DNA from: an uncultured Chloroflexia bacterium
Lineage (GTDB): Bacteria; Chloroflexota; Limnocylindria; Limnocylindrales; CSP1-4
Direction of reading: 5' to 3'
NCBI GenBank assembly: GCA_963696045.1
Contig: CAVOIR010000002.1
Span: forward strand, 12,562-76,561
Length of the DNA: 64,000 nucleotides
Positions 40,801 to 49,017 of the stretch are shown here, piece by piece; positions within the stretch are counted from its first letter, which is position 1; every line of letters begins with the position of its first letter. Under the pieces are notes generated by a model that had not been told where the DNA came from, ran no database searches, and was given only the letters and a program-made list of their open reading frames with translations. A program made the position numbers and the translations under genes.

Positions 40801-41449
40801 GACCGAGCGCGGGGAGGATCGCTCCGCGGCAGCGGCAGCCCTGATCGCGAACGCTGAATCGCGTGTCGCTCTCGGCGAGCCCGTTTGGCAGACGAGGCTT
40901 GACGTCTTTCGCGCCAACCTGGCACTCCCTGCCGGCAGGTACCGAGAGGCCGCCGTCGGGTTCCTGTCGGCCGGCCGTCGGGATGCCTTCAATGCCACCA
41001 ACCTCTTCGCCTCGGCGTCCCTGGCCTCGATGCTCGGCCGGGACGCCGCCGGGACGGAAGCGGCGCTCGCCGGCTCGAGGCGACGGGTTCGCATGGCAGG
41101 ATCGTGAAGCTCGATCGAAAGCGGGCACGCGCGGCACTCGCCGCCCTCGGCGGTCACCAGTCGGAGGCCTTGAACGGCTTTCGCGAGGTCCTCGAAGATC
41201 TGCACAGGCTGGACATCGCGCTTCCGATCGCCATGACGGGACTGGTGATGTGCACGCTCCTCGACCCGTCCGACCGCGGAGGTGGTGGCCGCGGCCGACG
41301 AGGCTCGCACCATCTTCAAGCGGCTGGGTGCTCGGGCCTGGCTCGATCGCCTCGACGAGGCCCTGGGACGCGGACCGGGGGAGCCGCGCACAGCGTCCAC
41401 CTCGCAGGCGCCATCCGCTGTCGTCCCGAGCGCGGCCTCCGCCTCCTGA
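37879..41449 (+). CDS. Zinc-ribbon / class III adenylate-guanylate cyclase / AAA(STAND) ATPase / TPR-like multidomain protein (~4 frame changes)
   Basis: TTG start follows GGAGGAGG. Double zinc ribbon: CGNCGTQNDAGRRFCVECG...CPQCGAQNPPAAKFCGECG. Cyclase: RLVTILFADLVGFT...KFIGDAVMAVWG...VAGDLVNTAARV. P-loop: ISITGQAGIGKSRL. Long helical repeat C-terminus. Frame joins are near 39675, 40740, 41100 and 41275. Confidence 0.85.
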
Positions 41450-41457
41450 CGCGAACG

Positions 41458-42494
41458 ATGCCGTCGCTGCGGCTGACCGACCTGACCGCCTGCGGTGGCT
41501 GCGCCGCGAAGCTCGGTGCCGACGTGCTCGCGGAAGCCCTCGCGGGCCTGGGCGCCGGCGCAGTCGACCCGGGGCTCCTCGTCGGCCTCGATCATCCCGA
41601 TGACGCCGCCGTGTACCGCCTGACTGACGACCTGGCGGTCATCGGGACGCTCGACTTCTTCCCGCCGCTGGTCGATGACCCGCGCACGTTCGGCGAGATC
41701 GCGGCCGCCAACGCGCTCTCCGACGTCTTCGCCATGGGCGGCCGCGTGCTCTTCGCGATGGCCATCGCAGCACTCCCTGAGGACCTGCCGCGCGACGCCA
41801 TGGCGGCCATCTTCGAGGGCGCCGCGACCAAGGTCCGGGAGGCAGGCGGCACCCTCGCCGGAGGGCACACCATCCGTGACACGGAGCCCAAGTACGGCCT
41901 CGCCGTGGTGGGCGTCGCGCACCCGGACCGGCTCTTCCGAAAGGGCGGCGCCCGGGAGGGGGACGTGCTCCTCCTCACGAAGCCCCTTGGGACCGGGCTC
42001 GCTCATCAGCGGCCAGCGCCAGGGCCGGACCGCTGCGGCACACCTGGAGGCGGCCATCGAGCAGATGCGGCGCCTGAACCGCACGGCGGCCGAGGTCCTC
42101 GCCGAGCCATCGGGTGCATGGCGCGACCGACGTCACGGGCTTCGGCCTCCTCGGTCACGGCCTCGAGATGGCGCGGGCATCCGGGGTCCGCCTCGTCTTC
42201 GATGCGGCGGCGCTGCCCGCGCTCGATGGCGCGCTCGAGCTCGCACGCGCCGGCCTGGAGACCGGCGGCGCCACGGCACAACCGCCGCTTCGTCGCCGAC
42301 CGAGCTGTCGATCGCCGATGGGGTCGCGGCCGAGCTCGTCACCCTGGCGCACGACCCGCAGACGAGCGGTGGCCTGCTTGCGGCCGTGCCGCGTGAGACG
42401 GCGCCCGACGTCCTCGCGGACCTCCGCGCCGTGCGGCGATGAGGCCTGGATCATCGGTGAGGTCGTCAGCGGTTCGGGCATCGCCCTCGCCTGA
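41458..42494 (+). CDS. selD: Selenide, water dikinase SelD (Cys form; ~5 frame changes)
   Basis: [20 protein letters not shown] (active-site Cys/Lys loop). DDAAVYRL...[64 protein letters not shown]. Confidence 0.9.
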
Positions 42495-42575
42495 CGCCGC
42501 CGGGTAGACTCGCGGACAGGGCAGGCGGGACCCGGCGTTCGTCCGGGGACGCCACCGCAGGAGGTTCACGCCAGC

Positions 42576-44478
42576 GTGAAGCCATACCGCCGGCTGACCC
42601 AGCCCCTCGTGCGCGACACGCGGGGCGGAGCGCTTCGGACCGCGACCTGGGACGAGGCGCTCGACCGGACCGTCGCCGGCTTCCGTGCCGCAGCCGCGGC
42701 GCACGGAGCCGACACGTTCGGGATCTTCAGCTGCAGCAAGGCGACCAACGAGGTCAACTTCGCGGCCCAGAAGTTCGCCCGCACGGTCCTGGGCAGCAAC
42801 TACATCGACAGCTGCAACCGCACCTGACACGCCCCGAGTGTCGCCGGTCTGGCGACCGTGTTCGGTGCCGGTGGGGGGACCAGCTCATATCGTGAGGTCG
42901 AGGAGACGGACCTCGTGCTCCTCTGGGGCAGCAACGCCCGGGAGACGCATCCGATCTTCTTCCATCACCTCCTGCGCGGCGTCCGGAACGGCGCCCGCGT
43001 CATCGTCGTCGACCCGCGACGCACCAGCTCGGCCGAGTGGGCCGACCTCTGGCTCGGGCCTCGACGTGGGCTCGGACATCGCGCTGGCCAACGCCGTCGG
43101 CCGCGAGATCATCCACGCCGGCCTGGCGAACGAGGCCTTCATCGAGCGCGCCACGAGCGGCTTCGAGGCCTACCGCGAGGCCGTCGAGCCCTGCACGCTC
43201 GAGTGGGCCGAGCGGGAGACCGGCGTCCCGGCCGAGGCCATCCGCGAGCTGGCCCACGCCTACGCCACGGCCGACCGGGCCATCCTCTGCTGGACCCTCG
43301 GCATCACCGAGCACCACAACGCGGTCGACAACGTCCTGGCGCTCATCTCCCTGGCCCTCCTGACCGGGCACGTCGGCCGCTACGGCAGCGGGCTCAACCC
43401 GCTGCGCGGCCAGAACAACGTCCAGGGCGGCGGCGACATGGGCGCCCTGCCCGACCGGCTGCCGGGCTTCCAGCACGTCGAGAACGACGAGCTGCGGCGG
43501 CGCTTCGAGGCGGCCTGGGGCGTGGCCATCCCGCCCCACCGCGGCCGCCACCTCTCGCGAGATGTTCGACGCCATGGAGCGCGACGAGCTCCAGGCGCTC
43601 TACGTCATCGGCGAGAACCCGGTCCAGTCGGAGGCCGACCAGGCCCGCGCTCGGCACCTGCTCGAGAGCCGCGAGCTCCTCGTCGTCCAGGACCTCTTCC
43701 TGACGAAGACGGCCGAGCTGGCCGACGTGGTGCTGCCGGCGGCCGCGGCCTGGGCCGAGTCCGAGGGCACGGTCACCAACTCCGAGCGGCGCGTGCAGCG
43801 GGTGCGCAAGGCGCTGGAGCCGCCCGGCGAGGCCCGCGACGACCTCTGGATCATCTTCGAGCTGGCGCGCCGCATGGGCCACGACTGGGGGCCGCCGGAC
43901 GCCGAGGCCGTCTGGGACGAGCTGCGCTCGCTCTCGCCGGTCCACGCCGGCATGAGCTACGCGCGGCTCGAGGCCCTGGGCGGCCTCCAGTGGCCCTGCT
44001 ACGACGAGTCGCATCCGGGCGAGCTCTTCCTCCACTCGCGGCTCTGGGAGGACCCGGTGCCCGGGCAGCGCGCGCCCTTCGTGCCGGTCGTCCACGACCC
44101 GCCGGTGGACCGCCTGGACGACGACTACCCCATCCGGCTGACGACCGGCCGGCGCCTCGACTCCTACAACACCGGCGTCCAGACGGCCGGCTATCGCTCG
44201 CCGCTGCGCCGCGGCGAGAGCGCTCGACATGAGCCCGGAGGACATCGAGCGCCTCGGGGCTCGCGGACGGGGAGCGGTCGTGCGCGTCGTGTCGCGGCGC
44301 GGCTCGGTGGAGGTGCCGGTCCGCATCGACCCCGGGCTGCGGCCGGGCTCGACCTTCATGACCCTCCACTTCCAGGACGACGTGGCCACGAACCTGCTGA
44401 CCATCGACGCCACCGACCCCAAGTCCGGCACGGCCGAGTTCAAGGCCACGGCCATCCGCGTCGAGCGGCTCGGCCTGA
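42576..44478 (+). CDS. fdhA: Formate dehydrogenase alpha, molybdopterin catalytic fragment, selenocysteine-containing (in-frame TGA at 42825-42827; ~3 frame changes; 3' end uncertain)
   Basis: GTG follows GCAGGAGG. KPYRRLTQPLVR...FSCSKATNEVNFAAQKFARTVLGSNYIDSCNRT-TGA-HAPSVAGLATVFGAGGGTSSY (the canonical FdhF-type Sec motif). LLWGSNARETHPIFF. ...NPLRGQNNVQGGGDMG. ...TNSERRVQRV. ...TAEFKATAIRVERL. As given, the last frame stays open into the GYD gene. A TGA at 44476 in the +1 frame is my guess for the true stop. Confidence 0.85.
42825..42860 (+). other. Sec-recoding site: UGA plus a SECIS-like hairpin
   Basis: TGA at 42825-42827 is in frame between two halves of one protein (42576 and 42858 share a frame). 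13 nt downstream, GTCGCC-GGTCT-GGCGAC (42840-42856) forms a 6-bp stem. Its GGUCU apical loop resembles the GGUC loop of the E. coli fdhF SECIS. Confidence 0.75.
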
Positions 44479-44660
44479 CGCGCTCGCCGAGCGAGCGCCG
44501 CAGCGAGCGGCTGCGACGACCATGGTCAGGAGGGTCGCCACCAGCCTCGTTGGCGACCGCCGGCGCGCGCTTGACAAGCGCGCCGGGCGGGCCACGATAT
44601 CGCGAAGCAGCGGACGACCCCGCCGAGCGCTGCAGCCCATGGCAAGCCGGAGGACGCCCC

Positions 44661-44981
44661 ATGCCGCACTACATGTTCAAGGCCTCGTACACCAGGGAGG
44701 GCCTGCAGGGCATCCTCAAGGAGGGCGCTGCCTCGCGGCTCGACGTCGTGCGCAAGCTGGCCGAGAGCCTCGGCGGCACGATGGAGGTGACCTACTGGGC
44801 CTTCGGCGAGGATGACTTCATCACCATCATGGAGCTGCCCGACAACGCGGCCGCTGCTGCGGCGGCCTCCACGGTCACGGCGTCCGGCGCCGCCTCGATC
44901 ACCACGACCGTGCTGCTCACGGCCGCGGATGTCGATGCGGCGCGCGGTCGGACGGTGCAGTACCGCACGCCCGGCGCGTAG
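44661..44981 (+). CDS. GYD-domain protein
   Basis: ATG follows GGAGGA. MPHYMFKASYTREGLQGILKEGAASRLDVVRKLAESLGGTMEVTYWAFGEDDFITIMELPDN is the GYD family pattern. Confidence 0.8.
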   Translation: MPHYMFKASYTREGLQGILKEGAASRLDVVRKLAESLGGTMEVTYWAFGEDDFITIMELPDNAAAAAAASTVTASGAASITTTVLLTAADVDAARGRTVQYRTPGA

Positions 44982-44999
44982 GGACGCTGACCGACCGGC

Positions 45000-45600
45000 T
45001 TGGACCTGCACATCGTCGGGCCGCTCGCCTCCCCTGCCGAGCGGGCGGCCATCGATGCCGTCCTCGATCCGGAGATCGGCCCTCCAGGCGCCTGGACCGG
45101 CGGACGGCGAGACGCCGGGCCTGAGGCCCACGCCACGCGGGGCGGGGCTCGGGCTCGCTCCCGCCGGGACCTCCTGCTGCCGGCCCTGCACGCGCTCCAG
45201 GCGCAGGCCGGCTGGATCAGCCAGCCCGGCCTGAACCACATCTGCCGGCGCCTGTCGGTGCCACCCGCGGAGGCCTACGGCGTGGCCGCCTTCTACGCGC
45301 TCTTCTCGACGCGGCCACGTCCGCCGGCCGTGGCGCACGTCTGCGACGACATCGCCTGCCGCCTCGCCGGCGCGGAGGAGCTCTGCGGCCGCCTCGAGCG
45401 TGACGTCGGGCCCGAGGGTGAGGCCTGGTCGAGGAGCCCATGCCTGGGACGCTGTGAGGCAGCGCCCGCGGCCCTCGTGACCTTCGCGGCGGGCACCGAG
45501 CGCGCGGTGAGCCTGGCGCCAGCCGACGAGGCAAGCATCCGGAGCTCCCTGACGGGACGGCTGGACACCGGCGCCGGCAGGGGCTCGACGCCTGGCCCCC
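45000..45600 (+). CDS. NuoE/FdsG-like [2Fe-2S] thioredoxin-like subunit (possibly fused to the following NuoF-like gene)
   Basis: LLPALHALQAQAGWISQPGLNHICRRLSVPPAEAYGVAAFYALF...HVCDDIACRLAG...SPCLGRCEAAPAALV (Cys ligand pattern of NuoE). Its sensible reading ends where the NuoF-like frame starts. Confidence 0.75.
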
Positions 45601-46860
45601 GTGCCCCAGTCCGGCCAGGCCGAGCTTCGGCTCCTCGCGAGGGTCGGCATCGTGGATCCCGGGTCGCTCGACGACTACCAGGTACACGGCGGCTATCGGG
45701 CCCTGCCGCGGACGCTCGCCATCGGGCGCGAGGCAGCCATCGCCGAGGTCACGGCCGCGGGCCTCCTCGGGCGCGGCGGAGCGGCCTTCCCCACGGGCCG
45801 CAAGTGGACCGCCGTGGCTGCCCAGCCCGCGCAGCCCCACTACGTCGTCTGCAACGCCGACGAATCGGAGCCCGGCACCTTCAAGGACCGGGTCCTCCTC
45901 GAGGGAGACCCGTTCGCGGTCGTGGAGGCCATGACCATCGAGGCCTTCGCCGTCGGCGCCGCGCAGGGCTACCTCTACGTTCGCGGCGAGTATCCCGAGG
46001 CGGAGGCTTCCGTGTCCCGCGCCATCGCAGCTGCGCGCGCGGCGGGCCTGCTCGGTCCGGACATCCTGGGCTCCGGCCTGGTCTTCGACATCGAGCTGCG
46101 GCGCGGCGCCGGGGCCTACATCTGCGGCGAGGAGACGGCCCTCTTCGCCTCGATCGAGGGTCACCGCGGCGAGCCCCGCAACAAGCCGCCCTATCCCGTT
46201 CAGTCGGGCCTCTTCGGCAAGCCGACCGCGGTCAACAACGTCGAGACGCTCGCCAACGTGCTGCTCATCCTGGGCGAAGAGGGCGGGGCAGCGGCCTACC
46301 GCGCCATCGGCACGGCCGAGTCGAGCGGCCCCAAGCTGTTCTGCCTGTCCGGGCACGTGGCGCGACCGGGCGTCTACGAGGTGCCCTTCGGGACCACGTT
46401 GCGCGAGCTCATCGACCTGGCCGGCGGCGTGCCCGGCGACCGAGCCATCCGGGCCGTGCTGCTCGGCGGTGTGGCCGGCACGTTCGTCGGGCCGGAGGCG
46501 CTCGAGACGCCGCTCACCTTCGAGGGCACGCGTGCCATCGGCGCCTCCCTGGGCTCGGGCGTCGTCATGGTCTTCGACGAGACGGTCGACCTGCTCGGCA
46601 CGCTGCGCCGCATCGCCACCTTCTTCCGTGACGAGTCGTGCGGCCAGTGCGTGCCCTGCCGGATCGGCACCCAGCGCCAGATGGAGGTCCTCGACCGCCT
46701 CGCCCTCACGGATCCGGGCTCGCCCATCCGCGGGGGCCTCGCCGCGCTCATCACCGACCTCGGCCAGGGCATGCGCGACGCGTCGATCTGCGGCCTCGGC
46801 CAGACCGCCTCGGCGGCCATCGAGTCCGCCCTGCGGCAGCCCGGGATGGTGGCCCCGTGA
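45601..46860 (+). CDS. NuoF/FdsB-like NAD- and FMN-binding [4Fe-4S] subunit
   Basis: Intact 419-aa ORF. GLLGRGGAAFPTGRKW, VVCNADESEPGTFKDR, GAGAYICGEETALFASIEG, ESCGQCVPCRIG...ICGLGQTA. Confidence 0.9.
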   Translation: MPQSGQAELRLLARVGIVDPGSLDDYQVHGGYRALPRTLAIGREAAIAEVTAAGLLGRGGAAFPTGRKWTAVAAQPAQPHYVVCNADESEPGTFKDRVLLEGDPFAVVEAMTIEAFAVGAAQGYLYVRGEYPEAEASVSRAIAAARAAGLLGPDILGSGLVFDIELRRGAGAYICGEETALFASIEGHRGEPRNKPPYPVQSGLFGKPTAVNNVETLANVLLILGEEGGAAAYRAIGTAESSGPKLFCLSGHVARPGVYEVPFGTTLRELIDLAGGVPGDRAIRAVLLGGVAGTFVGPEALETPLTFEGTRAIGASLGSGVVMVFDETVDLLGTLRRIATFFRDESCGQCVPCRIGTQRQMEVLDRLALTDPGSPIRGGLAALITDLGQGMRDASICGLGQTASAAIESALRQPGMVAP

Positions 46861-46972
46861 CCGAGTCGGCCCGGGGCCTTGGGCCAGCCGGCGATCCTGC
46901 GCCAGCATGGGATCCGGGGCCCGTGTACTACGCGCCGCCGGCGCGCTCGAGCGTCATCCCGCGGCGCGCCCG

Positions 46973-47892
46973 ATGAAGACACGGACGCCGCATCCTGCCG
47001 ATCACGATCGATGGCGTCGCCGCTGTCCGTCCCCGAGGGTTCGACGATCCTCGAGGCCTGCCGCGAGCAGGGCATCGACACGCCCACGCTGTGCACGCTC
47101 GAGACCCTCCGTCCGGTGAACGCCTGCCGCCTGTGCGTCGTGGAGGTGGCCGGCTCCCGCGCCCTCGTGCCGGCCTGCTCGCGGCGCGTCGAGGCGGGCA
47201 TGGAGATCGCCACGGACAGCCCGCGGGTGCGCCACTCGCGCCGCCTCGTCCTGGAGCTGCTGGCCTCGTCGGTCGATGTCACGCTGGCCGGACCGCGCAC
47301 ACCTGACGGGACGATCGCCGCCTGGATGGAGCGCTACGGCGCCGACCCCGGCCGCTTCGGCCCGGACGTGGCGACGGTGGCCCAGCCCGTCATCGTCGAC
47401 AACGAGCTCTACGTGCGCGACTACGCGCGCTGCATCCTCTGCTACAAGTGCGTCGAGGCCTGCGGAGTGGACGCTCAGAACACCTTCGCCATCGCGGTCG
47501 CCGGTCGCGGCTTCGAGGCCCACATCGCGACCGAGTACGAGGTCCCCCTCCCGGCGTCCGCCTGCGTGTACTGCGGCAACTGCATCGGCGTCTGCCCCAC
47601 CGGCGCGCTGATGTCGCGCCGCGAGCACGAGATGCGTGCGGCAGGCACCTGGGACGAGGCCGCCCAGTCGGTGACGAACACCATCTGCCCATACTGCGGC
47701 GTGGGCTGCCAGCTCGACGTGCACGTCCAGGACGGCGCCGTCGTGAAGGTCAGCTCACCGCTCGATTCATCGGTCACGGGCGGGCACCTCTGCATCAAGG
47801 GCCGCTTCGGCTTCGACTTCGTGGGCGGTGCCCGGCGCGGAGTGAGAAGCCCTGCTCAGGCCGAGCCGTACCCCACGACGGGAATCTCATAG
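46973..47892 (+). CDS. Formate dehydrogenase alpha, N-terminal Fe-S fragment (NuoG-like 2Fe-2S, two 4Fe-4S, MopB 4Fe-4S), truncated; 1-2 frame changes at the 5' end
   Basis: ITIDGV/LSVPEGSTILEACREQGIDTPTLC...NACRLCVVEV. CILCYKCVEAC. CVYCGNCIGVCPTGAL. ICPYCGVGCQLDVHV...GHLCIKGRFGFDFV. After that come 22 unrelated residues and a stop. The fragment lacks the molybdopterin domains found at 42576. Confidence 0.8.
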
Positions 47893-48243
47893 GCAGCGTA
47901 GTCGGCCGCGTTCCGCGTGACGACCGTGGCGCCCAGGCGCTGCGCGAGAGCCGCGATGAGGGCGTCACCCAGGCTGCGGCCCGCGGACCTACCGGCCTGG
48001 CGACGCAGCTCGCCGGCGCTCGCGGCTCCGTCCGGGTCCAGTCGCGACGTACTCGAGCGCCGTCAGGAACCGGCGGATGACGTCGCGCTCCTCGTCCGTG
48101 CCACCAGACAGAGCCTCGCAGGTGACCACGTCGCAGGTGTAGAGCAGGCCTGTCTCCTCGAAGCACGCTTCGACGACGTCCTTGATGCCCGGATACTCGA
48201 GCGACCAGTCGATGGCGACGGTCGTGTCGAACAGGAAGCTCAC
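47856..48243 (-). CDS. vapC: VapC-type PIN-domain toxin (one frame change near 48050)
   Basis: MSFLFDTTVAIDWSL...LYTCDVVTCEALSG in ORF 47989..48243. It continues in the adjacent frame as LDPDGAASAGELRRQAGRSAGRSLGDALIAALAQRLGATVVTRNAADYAAYEIPVVGYGSA-stop. Confidence 0.8.
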
Positions 48244-48508
48244 CGGCGTCGACCCCGGATCCGATCCTCGCGAGCCTGGTCCTCACGGAGCGCCCGGAGC
48301 CACCGATAGGCCTCGTCCGGGTCCTTCCACTGGGACCGCCCGACCGCCGCGCCAACGTCTCCTCGAAGACCGTGCGCATGCGGTCGCGCTTGAGCCGGGC
48401 CCGGACGGCCTCGGCCACGTAGGCCGACCGACCACGCGGGCCGGCCAACGCATCGATCTCGCCGATGACCTCGGACGGCAGCGTCACATTCGTGCGGACC
48501 ATGCCCAT
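48240..48508 (-). CDS. vapB: Ribbon-helix-helix VapB-type antitoxin (one frame change near 48355)
   Basis: GGAGGA then ATG. MGMVRTNVTLPSEVIGEIDALAGPRGRSAYVAEAVRARLKRDRMRTVFEETL. The C-terminus WKDPDEAYRWLRALREDQ... is in the adjacent frame. The stop overlaps the vapC ATG (ATGA). Confidence 0.65.
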
Positions 48509-48526
48509 CGTCGACCGTCCTCCGAA

Positions 48527-48545
48527 GTGTGCGATGCTTGCACAC
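48527..48545. promoter_or_regulatory. Candidate vapBC operator (GTGTGC-N7-GCACAC)
   Basis: Perfect 6-bp inverted repeat 19-37 nt upstream of the vapB start. A third GCACAC half-site lies at 48552-48557. Confidence 0.45.
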
Positions 48546-49017
48546 ACGATAGCACACTCTGGCGCCTGGATGGCTCAGGTCCCAGAGCAGCCATCTGGGC
48601 ACGAGGATCCCGTCGGATGTTCACGATCACTGAACGATCGAAGCCGTTCGACGGCATCTAGTCGTTCGTCGTCGACCGGGACGCGGCTGGGCAGCCCTCG
48701 GGCCACGCTCAGCAGGACCCGGAGCGGAACGTCGAGCCAGCGTCCAGTCGGGTCCACCCGCGCCGAAGTGCCCTTCGACGGCCCGAGTGTTCGATGATCG
48801 TGTACTTTCGTCACCTTCACCCGGTCACGAGCGAGCCAGCGGGTCCGTGCGCCAGCCTCCCGACCGAGCGATCTGGTTGCACCGGGACGCTCATCGGCGA
48901 GCGAGACCGGCATAGGCCGAACGGCATCGGTGGCCACGACCGCTGTGCTCTGGCAGAAGGCCTGCGAGTCGCCTACCGTGTAGTCATGTACGGCTCGCCT
49001 GCCCGGCGGGGCTCCGG

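Noticed and set aside
42825-42827. TGA as a genuine stop splitting fdhA into an 83-aa peptide plus a second gene
   Set aside because: The same frame continues with the exact FdhF active-site motif. A SECIS-like hairpin follows, and the full Sec machinery is adjacent.
45217-46908. 563-aa minus-strand ORF
   Set aside because: It is antisense to the intact NuoF-like gene, which carries unambiguous FMN/NADH/4Fe-4S motifs. It is a shadow ORF.
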